Source: Octopus sinensis
Taxonomy: Eukaryota
Assembly (NCBI RefSeq): GCF_006345805.1
Contig: NC_043013.1
Span: 21,142,001-21,206,000, forward strand
DNA length: 64,000 bases
Direction: 5' to 3'
The number at the start of each line of letters is the position of its first letter. The stretch's first letter is position 1. Below the pieces are notes generated by a model that was not told the origin of the DNA, did no database searches, and saw only the letters and a list, made by a program, of their open reading frames with translations. Below are positions 38,850 through 51,941 of this stretch, piece by piece. Made by a program: the position numbers and the translations under genes.

Positions 38850-39588
38850 TGAGCTATTGCAGGTGGCCCCTCACATCTTGTTATTTCAATTTCAAGTTCC
38901 CGATCATTAACCTAGATACGAAGTGATAATAATATGGAATTGGAAGAACCAATTTGCAAAAGCAGCAAACAACTTTTGCCTTTTTGTATTGATGACTGTT
39001 TTTAACGTTTTGCACTTGTACACACACACACACACACACACACAAAGATATGTACACAATATGTAAGCATTTATAAGCACTGTTTAGCCGAATGTTTAAG
39101 AAGTTCGCTTCGCAATATCGAAATCCAGAATGCGACTCAACTTCGTGACATCTGTTGTAGATGTGAGATTCTGTAGCATCAAGTTGACCCCTATAAACTG
39201 GATGGACGGAAAATGCATAGAAGCCCGGTGGGTGGTTTGTACTTGTAATTCATAAGATACAAACTTGTCACATACTATATCGCCCTGATTCTAATAGGAA
39301 ATTACAATTACGTAAAATATTACGGTCTCTGAGATATTCAGCCACTTACACGCTAATTCACCAGCAGGTAGTTCAAGAGATCGAAAAACTCCATCCTCGT
39401 TCATGAGAGATAGAGATCCGCTATAATATATCAATTCAATTTGGGTATTAACCTTGCAGTTTACTTCTGAAAACCAGTCTGCGGGTATTGTCTATCAGAT
39501 TTTACACTGAAAATTGAACGTTGTACAGAAAATGCAACTGAAAATCTGTGAATATTCTTAGAGTTTTTATATATTATTCACATTATAC

Positions 39589-39663
<75 letters not shown>

Positions 39664-39667
39664 TGTA

Positions 39668-40504
39668 CAGGGTGCGATGGTTAAATTGTCGCCATTTTGT
39701 ATTTTTAATTTAGCGCCATGTTTGCTTTTGATTTTGTCGACTACACGGTATGGAAGAGTCGGTTGGAGACCGTATATGAGAAAAAACAGCACCATGACAC
39801 AATTCCCTCTGCCAGAGATTTGGAAACGACATGCTCCAATAGGAACATTTCAGAGTGTTGGGAGTCAGTCTGAGTCCCTAAAACACGTACCGAGTGTGAT
39901 AAAATTCAAATATTAAGTCCACATCATGGTCTTTGGTGTGATCACTAGTGATGGCGACGTTATCTTCCTCAGTCTCAACCCGGCCTCAGACTCAAACGGA
40001 GGACTCCATCAAGTACCTGCAGGAGGTAGTGCTGTCCTCTGAGTCAATAGAATGGCTGTTGGAAGACCGTATATCTGGTAACAGGACTCTGCACCATACC
40101 ACACAAGTAGGCGAGCCCAGTCATGGCTATCAGACAATCTCTGCGACCACACCAACCCTTACATCTGGCCACCTAACTCCCCAGACTGCAACCCCCTTCA
40201 CTATTATGAGTGGGGCGCTGTTGAGCGGGAGACCAGCAAAAACGCCTTGCGACACAAAAGATGAACTGAAGGCAAGGATTATGCACTCACCAACTTAAAC
40301 AAGAAGACCGTCCAGAAGATTTGCAGGAGATTCCAAGGTCGTCTGGAGGCCATGGTTGAAGCCAATGACGATTTTATTGAATAAATTTACTCTTTAGTAT
40401 TTCAAGATATTTTTATATAATTTTGGTAAATATATCTGTTAAAATGAGATGGCACTCTTATTTTCATTTTTGCGTAATTTAGATAATTAATTCACCGTAT
40501 CCTG
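39668..40504 (+). mobile_element. Internally deleted Tc1/mariner element of the maT (DD37D) group
   Basis: TA-flanked imperfect TIRs CAGGGTGCGATGGTTAAATTGTC / GATAATTAATTCACCGTATCCTG. Translation gives HIMVFGVITSDGDV and GRPYIW*QDSAPYHTS...WPPNSPDCNPL(H)YY, with exactly 37 codons between D (40085) and the third catalytic position (40199). Confidence 0.88.
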
Positions 40505-42970
40505 TATATAAACACAGGTGTATATACACAAGAGCTCAAACGAACCCCAACATCGTTTTTCCATGTCAGTTGTCGTTCAACAAGATGCGACAATATAGTT
40601 CAAATTGTCTGTGTCAGTACCGTAAGGTCTAGGCCAGCGGCCACCATTGACGAACAGGGAGAGAACAAAAAGTTGAAGCAAAAGCAGCGACAGGCAAAGT
40701 AGCAAGCTCTGTGGATCGAATGACGAATAAAAGCAAGTTGGGGGCCAAATGGAAATAAATACAAAACGAAAACCCATGTATCTAGAAAAACAGACTGTCC
40801 TGACTTGGTGATAACATTAAGTTATGCGAGCTAAAGCTTATAGTAATAGTAAAGAACATGAGTTTTCTACGTGGAAGTATACAAAAACAAATTAAATTAG
40901 GAGCTGCAAAAAGAGAGCGAGAAATAAATGAATAGAGAGTGAGAGAGCTGGTACGATGGTAAATGGTTAGAATGGCAGAAGGATAGTGGAGGAGAAAACA
41001 ATAGTAAGATATGTAGCGAGGAAAAACGATAGAAGTTTGTCGGAAAGAGAATACGATAGAAAGAGAGGTAGATAAATAATGAAAAAAAAATAGACTGATA
41101 AGATAGTGTCACTTATGATCTGAAGATAAAAAAGTAAAATACAAAACAAACAATTTCAGTTAAACAAAGTATTCTTCGGCAAAATGTTGTTGAACGGTCG
41201 ATTGAAAACTGAATGAAAAACAATGAAGGGTTTGTGATGTCCCATCGCAACAACAAGACAAAGAAGGAAGGAAAGAGAAGAAGAAAGAAAACGCAAGACA
41301 AATAGATAGAGAAGTCGTTTTTGTTGGTTGATTATATGTAGTATCTCATTTTAACTTAGCTAAGAAAATGTTCTGATTACAAGAGACCCGCGACGCAGTA
41401 TTCCCACACCATACTCATCATACTTAGCTTTTAGTCGAAATAGACGACTGATACTTACGCCATTGCTGTTATATTTAATGGGAATTTCAGTAAACTTTGG
41501 AATAGGAATCATGTGGTACATTTAGCTTAAATACAGAAATATAAGTTAAATATTTGTTCACGGATTTATCATACTATCGATGGAGGGCGCCAAATCTATT
41601 CTAGTATGAGTCTGAACTCTGGAATGAAACGAACAATCTTTCCCACGTGATGAGGCAAGAGAAGTAGTCTACTCGTGATGTCTATCTTTTCACGAATGTT
41701 GTTTCTAGTCGACAGCGTCTGCATCAAGCCGTCCTTGGACGGTTTTTGTATTATATCTGGTTTCGGAAAAGGTTGCTAATGCAACACGCATATTTTGTGC
41801 ATGTCTGGAGAAGATGATGAGAGTGATTTGCCACTGCCCTTCTCACAGAGGAATGCAGGAAGGGAGGGACAGAGAGAGCATAATCCCTATTCGGACTTGA
41901 TCGGAAGGAGGAAAAGCGTAAATAACCTCGACGAGACTTAAACTTGAGGTGGAAAAGGCCAGACGTTTGTAAATAAAAATGGAGTTGAGAAATTATGATA
42001 CAAGTAAAATATATAAATAAAATATTCATTCTAATCGTTAGGATATTTTTAGCTTTGAAATAACATTTTAGTTTTAAGCTATAATTAATTCCAAATTATT
42101 TTTAATTAATCTCAGTACCTGACGTAAAACAGACATCTTTGAAGGTAGAATGCTCAAGCAGTGTCATATCAATACTGTTTAATCGAATATTGATTTTAGT
42201 CAACTAAATTGATGGTAAATTTATCAAACTGCAATAAGCAAGCCAAGAGAACTCACTTATAAAACCATCACACTAAACTAAATGGATTTCAGTATTTCTT
42301 TATGGCATCGTAAGTTCAAACCTCAATGAGGCTAACTTTACTTTTCATCTCACCAAGGTCAGTAAAATACTGTTTAACAATAAAGTTGGTACCATATTCC
42401 TCTGTTTTAATATTTAACCGTAGAAGAAGGCTAATTACGTGCTATTTAACTTTAATACTGTTGTCATTTTCCATGAAAGCCACATATACTAATAAACCAT
42501 TTTGTAGGGTTTATACGGGTGGCAAGCCTAAAACGGCATCCGAATTAAGACCACAAAATGACCAAAGAAGACTTAGTCGGAATTTAGTCTCTTCGAAAAA
42601 CTCAGCTGGGTACTCTACTTCCCTCCCCAGCTATGCTGACCTACAAATGTTCGTGCTAAATGCAAACACATCTACCTCACCAGTTAATAAAACTTATAGA
42701 AGTCATGTACACTGAGAGGAAAAAGAAAACATTAGATTCCTGATCAGTTTTCGATTGGAGGAAGTGAATATTTTCTCAGCTACGTAACTGAAGACCTGCA
42801 AGACAGAACACCCTGTCTCCCCTTCTTAACTAAACTAGTTGGCACAAGTTTAAACCGCCCCCCCCCCAAAAAAAAAACATCAATTATCACTGAATAATGA
42901 GGTTTTCAGATTCTGATTTTTCATAATTCTTTTAAGGAGCAATCTTGTTTTCATAGCTCAAGCTGTCTGT

Positions 42971-43279
42971 GAAGGTGTGTGGCTTAGTGGTTAGGGTATT
43001 CGGTTCACGATAGTAAGGTCATAAGTTCGAATCCTGGCAGCGTGTAAACAAGATCTTTTATTTCACGTTGCAGCAGTCCATTCGGTTGTCAAAAATGAGT
43101 TTCACCCATAATTCAAAGTGCTTGCCTTGTCACACTCTGTGTGATACTGAATCTCTCTGTGAACTGCGTAAAGGATACATGGGTCTGCGGAATACTCAGT
43201 CACTCGTACGTTAATTTCGCGAGCGAGCCGTTCCGTTGATCAGATCAACTGGAACTCTCGTCGTAATCGATGAAATGCC
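42971..43279 (+). mobile_element. tRNA-derived SINE, head C plus tail T1
   Basis: Colinear with 3561-3861. Confidence 0.85.
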
Positions 43280-44235
43280 TGTTTGAGCCGGGAGTCTGTT
43301 TTCGGAAACATTCAAAATTGGTTTCTGGATTATATCTTGGTAAAAGAGGAGTTCTATAATTTTTTTATTAACCATACGGTTTTACTTAGAGGGGACACTA
43401 CAACGGATTGGGGACACAAAATATCAAAAAAATATTGTATGATAAGATGAGAAAAAAGGTGAAAATGAGAGATGAAAGTGATGTTAACTGCCCCCATCGC
43501 TCTCTCACAAAGTATTTCTAAACAATTTAATCCGCTCAACGATATTCAAATTATTTCTAACCTTTAAGCTTTTAATAATAGAAGAAAAAAAAACAATGCT
43601 AAACTGTTTATTTTTCAACCTGAACAGCGACGAAAAACAAAAATTATAAAATATCTTAATGATATAATGATGTCAGTGAATAACAAAATATTTTTTTTAT
43701 ATTATTTCACCTTTCCATTGTATTTATTCCCCCTTAATTTCTTTTATATAGGTTTTTGAATACTTTTGTATATTTGCCTTTATTGTATTTCTCTTTAGTC
43801 GTTTCTCCTCATTAATACATAGAGGTATGTATGTGTGTGAGTAATATGGTCTAATAGATAAGAAGTTCATTTCATAAACACGAGGTCCGGGTTCGATCCC
43901 AGTGTGTAGCCAAATGGGAAAATGTAATTTTCTATAACCTAGGATCGATCTATGCCTTGCGATAAAAAACTGAAGAGGCAGAAAGTATATAGAAGCATGC
44001 TGACTGGATTGTACCAGTAATTCAAAAAGGTAAAGCCTCATCATCTGTGTCATGGTGATTCTGCCTGAGGCTTGATTTTAGGATGCAAATCTCTGTGAAA
44101 TACTCCGCCACTTACACTCTAATTCAAAAAGCGGATAATTTAGTTGATCGAACAACTTATTACTCATATTCGAAACCGACAAACACATCAACAAACATAC
44201 ATACATTTTATTTACTAAAAGCGAAAAATATCTTA

Positions 44236-44277
44236 AACTGTTATTCAGAGTTTCGCTCAGCCGTTCTTCAGACAATT
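44236..44277 (-). ncRNA. Degenerate minimal type-I hammerhead ribozyme motif
   Basis: Minus strand reads AATTGT-CTGAAGA-ACGGCTGAGC-GAAA-CTCTGA-ATA-ACAGTT: canonical core, 6-bp stem I (one G-U) and the same spacing as 22653-22692. There are two mismatches (10.1 and 16.2, each consistent with G>A). Confidence 0.45.
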
Positions 44278-45464
44278 GAAAAAAAATTATGTGGCTACAT
44301 ATAACAATATAAGATGATATAACGTAGTCATTACAGTTCAACGAATAAGCAATTGAATTTGATTGAGTGACTATTTCAAAAAATAGCAGTATGGTTTTTG
44401 CTGCCAGAATGGGTTAACCTTGACGCTAGAATAAACAATAATTAACAATTAAATCGAAAAATTACTTTAATAGCGAGCAAAAATGAATGTAGCCAGACAT
44501 AAGAATCGAAAAAGATTGAAAGGAATAATAGGATTGCAAAATTATGTATTTAAAAGTTGAACTTATAATAAAAGATTAAAATAAAGTTTATAGAGGAGAA
44601 ATTAACCGAGTATACAAAGATATATAATGCCCTACTGTATTAAAGAAAAGATCAGATTAACCTCAGGAGAAAGTGTAAGTAAAAACAAATGTATATACAT
44701 AAGAATACGTCTACCTCTCAACGTGAGCACAAATTCCTGTATGTACATACGTATTAGTACACTTTAAATACACATGCGTATATGAAGATATATACATATA
44801 TGTTTATACACACTCGCATGCCCTAATATATAAATACATGTAAAATAACATAAAAATATTGTTAAAAATATATTCATATCAACATGAAGTATACATACAC
44901 ATCCATACAAAATATGTATGTACTTGTAGAAATAGACAAGTATGTTAAACATATGCAACCAATAAAATGACAAAGAGAGGAGAGCAGGCTGTAAACAGAG
45001 ACAAGCGAAAGTAATTTAGGATGAATTCAAAATTATAAATAATTAAAATATCCATATTATACATGAAATGTCTCTGTGGGGTTGGTGGCTGTTGAAAGCC
45101 CTACATGTTTAAAATACTAATTTTATGATAAATGTAAATTTATTAAAAAAATTATTTCCTACTAATAGCAGACAAAACAAAGGGTGGTATGAAGCACAAA
45201 CAAAAAACAATAAAAGAATATAAATGGAGAAGAATGAATAGAACTTGCAAGACCTTCAAAAAAATACGATATTGAAATAATGATAGTAAAAAAAAATTCT
45301 TTCTTGACATGAGCTTAAAATATACTTATATAAGGTGGCTTGTAAAACCAGAAACGACATGGTGTATAGAGCGGCCAAAAAATAATCATTTAAAACTATC
45401 AAAGAAGGAGATACTGTGTAATATAAGTTGGCGGGGTTTTTTTTAGTGAGGAAGTACTCGATAA

Positions 45465-45845
45465 TCTGTCTATATATAAAGCTGAAGTTGTCTGTGTATG
45501 GTAGGTTTGGTAGCCTTCAACTAACACTACCTCCTCCGAGACCTTGCGGCGCAAGTTGACCAAAATTAAGAGTATGCTAGAAGAAGGCTTGCCCTTCCTT
45601 CCGTAGAAGAAAAATTCAAATCGAACCATGTTAACACCAAAAATTATTTACATCAAAAAGGTGCTTTTTTTCTATGAAAATCCCGATTTTTTTACTGCTG
45701 TGTCGCCATTTTTCGGTGTATTTCAACCAGAAAAATGTTCACTTAAAGAGAATAACAAGCTACATAATGCAAAATTTTTACTTTTCAAAAATTCCAATTC
45801 TAAAGGGTCGAAACAAACTCGAGCAACGCCGGGCGATACTGCTAG
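45465..45845 (+). mobile_element. Non-autonomous Helitron, subfamily 2
   Basis: A|TC start, hairpin and CTAG|T end; homologous to 18090-18440. Confidence 0.88.
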
Positions 45846-45897
45846 TATATGGTAAAGTTCAAATAGGTTATCCATGTGGATTTGTTTGGCTGTACAT

Positions 45898-46565
45898 TAG
45901 GTGCCTAGAAGCAGGACTTAGAAAACCCAAAAGCTCCAGATTGCAGTTTAATGCATGTTTATCCATCAAAAGGATAAACAGAACTTATTTCTCAGACGTA
46001 ATGGACATTTCATTGCATTCCTGTATGGTTCCTGCTTGTATTGGGTAGCCTTCTCAAATATGGACCAGTAAATTTTAAATGGGGGAAGATCCTGTTTCTT
46101 TTAACTGTCATGTGTTTGATCGGGCTGATTACTGACCTATTTTCCCGGTACTTGAAAGAATTCCTATGCGAACATAAGCTCTTTCTGACTCTATTTTCAG
46201 TGGAACCTGTCTTTGTTTTGTAAGTCTTGGTATAAGCCAGCTGAACTTCAGCCCTATATACAATGCCTTTAATTTTCATCTAAAGGACAGTCACCCGGAT
46301 CTTTACCATTACTTTCTGGATCTGGTTTTTCAGTGGTACCTTTAGTTCTGTTGAGAATAGTTGTATTAAGTTGGTTTATGAAAGAGGCGAAGTTTTCACA
46401 CCAGGAATAGCTATCATTTAGCGTTCTTCTATTCAATCTTCTATGATATTTATCACTTTACTGGAAAGTGTCTAGAAACTAGATTGTAAAAATTCTCTAC
46501 CTACATTGGTTCTAACGGTAATACTAAAAGTTGGATTGTACTACAAAACAATTCTAGTTCTACCA
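45898..46565 (-). mobile_element. Decayed Penelope-like element: RT-endonuclease linker and GIY-YIG domain
   Basis: Translation across stops and frameshifts gives RIVL*YNPTFSITVRTNVGREFL, RHFP, RLNRRTLNDSYSWCEN, CPLD, KGIVYRAEV...GSTEN...SHRNSFKYREN and EK*VLFILLMDKHALN...RH. Confidence 0.8.
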
Positions 46566-47399
46566 GTCTTACATGGTTATTTGTGTTATCAATCTAATGG
46601 ATCTTCTTTGAGAACCCACGATTTCAGACTCACCATCACTCCAGTAATCTTCGATACATAATATTCGTTACAGCACGGCTTCTGTCTCATAACGTTAACT
46701 CGCTTCTTTCAACTCCTATCCTATCTTTTCTTTCTCTTTTCCTCCAGGTTTTCGCTCCGTCTTTCCCTACCTTTTTTATTTTATTTCTTCTCCCTCCTCT
46801 TATTTTTGTCTAGTTTTTTGTTTCAACTTCACTTCTCTATTATTATCATTTCTTCTGCCATCTTCTTTTATTCGTGGCATTATATATATTTTTGTGTCCT
46901 TGTTTACTTATTTATGTTCTCATCTATAGCTTTATTTTGATCTTTTATTATAATTTCAACTTTTAAATACCGAATTTTGCCATCATTTTATTTCTTTTAA
47001 TTATTTGCAATTCCTAACTCTGGATACATTCCATTCAGTTTTACTCGCTTTTACACGAAGTTTTCTTTTTATTTAATTATACGTGTATCACACATTATTT
47101 GTAACAAACGGGACGTAGCATATTATTTGTAACACAGTATGTAATACATTTTATTATGTTTACAGCAGATGTGCTGTACTGTCGAGTTAATAATATGGTG
47201 ATACACTATTCAAATCTCTCCTCTTTTGCTTTCACGTAATCACTTTATTAAGAGAAGTTTTCTATCAAATGGAGTTTGTCTGAAGTAAAGTGTAAATATA
47301 ATATCGTTGTTTTATCGTGGAAGAGAACAACAGAAAAACGAAAACTGTTACTATAAAAAAAATATTATATTATATATATATATATATATATATATCATC

Positions 47400-47660
47400 G
47401 ATTCTTGAACCTCAAATTCTATTCTGTGATATTCGGCAGGCTACACTAATAGATATTCAAAGTACATTAGTAACTCTGATATAATAATAACGTTACGAAA
47501 AGTATTTAGTTCAACTAGAAATTTTACGAGATCCGTTGTCATAGAGAATCTATCTAGCATCAGTTTGTCTTGTAATGTCTTCGACAAATGACTCAGTTTT
47601 ATTACTTCTACCTTTGAACTTTCGATTCTAGGCTGAACTCGGCAATTCACTGCTTTACTG
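47400..47660 (-). mobile_element. Possible hAT transposase C-terminal (dimerisation) remnant
   Basis: DLVKFLVELNTFRNVIIISELL followed, after a frameshift, by ISISVACR resembles FPNVxIALRIxLTxPISVASCERSFS. The match is weak. Confidence 0.3.
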
Positions 47661-47774
47661 CACTTTCTGCATCAGACATTTTTTATTGATTTATTTACTT
47701 TTATTTGATTTAGCATTTGATTTACTTTTTTTGTTATTTATTATTTACTATTTATATCAGTTTTTTTTTCTTTT

Positions 47775-47985
47775 ACACTTTTATCTTTTACTTGATTCAA
47801 CATTAAACAGCGGTCATGCTGGCGCACCGCCATGACGAGTTTAATCGAACAAATCGACTCCACTACTATAAAATATTTCTAAAGCCCAGTGCTTCCTTTA
47901 TCGAACCTTTTTGCTGAACCGATAAGTTACAGGGATATAATCAAACACCGGTTGTTAGGGGGTGGTTATGGTGAAACAAGCACAC
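47775..47985 (-). mobile_element. 3' half of a diverged type-A SINE
   Basis: CGGTCATGCTGGCGCACCGCC...CTTTTTGCTGAACCG...AACACCGGTTG. Confidence 0.65.
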
Positions 47986-47994
47986 ATACACACA

Positions 47995-48036
47995 TTATAT
48001 ACATACATATATATATTATATATATATACATACATA

Positions 48037-48093
<57 letters not shown>

Positions 48094-48152
48094 TACATAT
48101 ATATTATATATATATATATTATATATATATATATACATACAAATATATATTA

Positions 48153-48244
<92 letters not shown>
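47995..48244. repeat. (TA)n-rich microsatellite
   Basis: Direct inspection. Confidence 0.95.
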
Positions 48245-48246
<2 letters not shown>

Positions 48247-48996
48247 CAGAGTAAGCACATAAATGTGAAACAAGGTGGGGAAAAATAGTACTCGAACACC
48301 GGAGGTAGATTAATAAGCTTTATTATTAAAACCTCAGAAACATCACAAAAATATCACAAAATAGTATTACATTGTAATAGTGTTATTTTCCAGCGAAATA
48401 AAGCACTGTAAAAGTAAAATTATAATTAGGAAATAGTGGCACAACAAGGTACCAACATATTTGCACTGTATGCTATGTCGATTTACATACCAGATAATAC
48501 GGTATTTAGAAGCAAAAGTGTGTTGTCTTTTTTTTTTGCAGTGTTCAGTGTAGCGTATCCAACAATACAGTTTATTTTGTATTTACTCAAAAAGTGAATA
48601 TATTTTTAGCAGTAAAATTTCTTTCATTGGCTATGTTTCCGATAAACTCACAGCCTCAGACAACACCAAATATGCGCGCACGGTTGCTTTCCTTGTAAAT
48701 AAGAAAAATAGTAGACGGTGAGAACCAACATTATCCTTCAGAACTGGTCTCCCCTGTAACGGTTTAAATGGATCTCAGCTACAAAAGTAATGGCACATAA
48801 TGACAAGATGCATTTGATCTATGACGCTGCACGCTAGAAATGGCACGCGAATCTTTCTGAAATCACATCAGACTTCTTGAGAATGTGATCTTTGATAAAA
48901 CGATCCTGCTTCTCCATGTTCTGTCGCCACGTTTGCTTACACAGTTCCATAGCACAATCACATATCACATGACAAAACTGCATACAACATACACAC

Positions 48997-49031
<35 letters not shown>

Positions 49032-49065
49032 TATATATACATATATATATACATATATATATATA

Positions 49066-49138
<73 letters not shown>

Positions 49139-49383
49139 CACGCACAATCTGATAAATTTTATAAATTTAAATCATTTGAATATTTTCACTTCCGGTCTAA
49201 TGCGATGTCCCTCACACATCATGGCCGATTTTTGGCGAAAAACTAAATAGCAACAAAATTTCCTTCAGCTTTTACTCTTTACCTTCTTTAACTAGAAATG
49301 ACTTAGTGAATAATGTATTTTAACATATTTCCAGGAAGACAGGATGGTCACCGGTGGAATAGAGTTAATTCTTATGGTTTGCT

Positions 49384-49705
49384 GGTTCAATTTTGATCTG
49401 ATGCTTGGATCAGTTTTGATCTGGAGCTTGGATCAGTTTTGATCTGATGCTTTGATCAGTTTTGATCTGGGACTTGGATCAATTTTGATCTGGAGCTTGG
49501 ATCAGTTTTGATCTGATGCTTGGATCAATTTTGATCTGATGCTTGGATCGGTTTTGATCTGATGCTTGGATCGTTTTTGATCTTATGCTTGGATAGGTTT
49601 TGATCTGATGCTTGGATCAATTTTGATCTGATGCTTGGATCAATTTTGATCTGATGCTTGGATCAATTTTGATCTGGAGCTTGGATCAGTTTTGATCTGG
49701 AGCTT
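49384..49705. repeat. Minisatellite of 14 contiguous 23-bp units, consensus GGATCAATTTTGATCTGATGCTT
   Basis: Units start every 23 bp from 49384 to 49683 with no indels and no spacers. Confidence 0.95.
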
Positions 49706-50235
49706 CACAGCAAAGACGAAAACTTAATAGCAACTCGAATACATCGCTCATAGCAACTGGCTGTTTCCATTGTTGCTTCTAATGTTGTTGTTGCTGATAT
49801 GTTACTGATGCAATCAGAAATATTTTACTTCATGTTGTTAAATTTGTTCTTTCTATGGTTGTCCTTACTCCTGCTGTTGTCTCGGTGGTGATTCGTGCTA
49901 TTTCTGTAGGAGTGTGCCGATGAAATGCTAAAATCTAAAGCGATCGTAGAAATCGTATAATAAGTTGTCGAAATATTTCTCTCCTTTCAATCTGTTTACA
50001 TTCATTATTTGTTCACCATCAGATAAAGCACTGACAATATCAAATTTATTCATTGTGTATGTTCTTTACTCGTCATTACTGTTATCATCATCATCATCGT
50101 CGTCGTCGTCGTCGTTGTTGTTGTTGTTGTTAATCAAATCGCTACAAAAATATCTTATTTCAAACCATCTTGTTTCTGTCGGAGAGAGAACGTATGATGC
50201 CCTAACGTAACCGCAGTCCAATTAATGTGAAAGAT

Positions 50236-50274
<39 letters not shown>

Positions 50275-50282
50275 TGTGTGTG

Positions 50283-50314
<32 letters not shown>

Positions 50315-51299
50315 GTGTGCTTATGTAAGCGCGCGTGTGTGTGTGTGTGTATCTGTGTGTATGTTTGTGTATGTGTGTGTGCGTGTGTTGTGAAAAATTA
50401 TGTGATATACTCGTTAAAATTACTTTTAACGAGTCTATGCTATAGAAACTGCAAATAAAGGAGTGACAATAAAAATGTTGAGATAAAACTATACCTTACA
50501 TTTTACATTATATTTCGATATAATTTTAATCCCTTTATCAAAAAAAAAATGAGAATAGCGACAAGTTGATGTATTTGGCACAGTTATTTAGGAATGGCAT
50601 GCGACATGAACATTCATAAATTAAATCCATCTATAAACAGTAGACGCGATTTGCACAATGTGGATTGGTTTTGATAACAGTACTATTGATTATGAGTAAA
50701 GCTGTGCGAAATATACAAGCTCATTAACGAATTCCATTTTCCGTGATAATAGAATTTTAACCCCCGAAATAGTAGGTTATAAATTTAAGAGTACTTTTTT
50801 TTTTTTGTCTTTCTCACTTATGTATCTCTAGTTTGTATTGCACTGGCCCTTAAAGTAACAAAACTGCGTGCAAATATGACCCTCGTTGTTAGTCAACCTA
50901 AAGAGTTAGTCTACAATAGACTTCAGGCTATCTCCTTCAATTCAATTATTATGTGAGATTTTGTAACGACGTCATAGAAAGGCTCTTGCATCGAAGTTTC
51001 TCTGATGCTCGGAAAATCTGATACAAATTCTCGAAATACCTCCTCAGGCTTTTTGTGATCGCTTTTAGGTCAAACAGATTTTCTAAAGGGATTTGCGCTT
51101 TAAAGATCGTGGGTTGTTTTATATCACAAGTTAATGAAGGTTTAAATGATTAGTAAAACACCAGAAAATTTGAAATGGGAACGCATCAGTGAGAATCGTC
51201 GCTGAACTGTTCTTTCACATAACTGGAATCAGTTATAGAGTCTGCTAGGAGATACGGAAAACTTCCCCTCGAAACGATAGTTTTCGATAAATAACAAGA

Positions 51300-51530
51300 A
51301 GGTGGCCGTTCCACATTTTCGTACATACCAGATCTACACGCCTGCGATCCCGATGTGTGTCACAAAATGAAATTGCTATTGAAGGAGTGATCCTTCGATA
51401 CCATAATAATTAAATTCAAACAGAATCAGAAACAGTGTTTGACAATTAGAAAGACTTCAAGGAAGCTTTCTGAGGCAGAAAAGATGCGCTTAGGACGCTG
51501 TGTCCGTTGCTAAGGGGACTAGCTTGAAAA
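51300..51530 (+). mobile_element. Decayed mariner transposase C-terminal remnant
   Basis: SYIPDLHACD..CHKMKLLLKE*SFDTI resembles PYSPDLAPCDxxLFxKMKxxLKGxxFxTI, and RLGRCVRC*GD*LE resembles RWxxCVxxxGDYFE. Confidence 0.55.
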
Positions 51531-51546
51531 AGATAGTTGCCGAAAA

Positions 51547-51941
51547 TCTTTATATATAAAAGTGAGGTTGTGTGCTGTCTGTCTCCTACGATTTAGATTC
51601 CTAACTACTCCCACATTTTGCGGTGCAGTTTAACCAAAACCGGGTATCTTATAGTCGAGATTTATATCGAGCCCTTCTGAGTATTAGCGCGCGTCTACGA
51701 TAAGTCTACGATTTAAAAAAAAAATTACCATCAATTTTTCCCATTTTTAATGCATTTTTGGCATACATAAGGAAAGTAACCCTCTGAAAATTTATTAAAT
51801 CTCAGAACGTAAAAAGCTACAGTAACACCCCCCCCCTTTGTTGTTAGCCATATTGAGATGGCTATTATACTTTACATCTCTAAAAATGCTTATATAGTTA
51901 TTTCCCTTACAAACCCGAGCAACGCCGGGCGATACTGCTAG
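51547..51941 (+). mobile_element. Non-autonomous Helitron, subfamily 1 (longer variant)
   Basis: A|TC ... CCCGAGCAACGCCGGGCGATACTGCTAG|T; carries about 100 bp of internal sequence absent from 17761-18054. Confidence 0.88.

Noticed and set aside
49384-49705. Regular palindromic repeat array as a CRISPR
   Set aside because: Units are contiguous with no unique spacers, there are no cas genes, and the context is eukaryotic.
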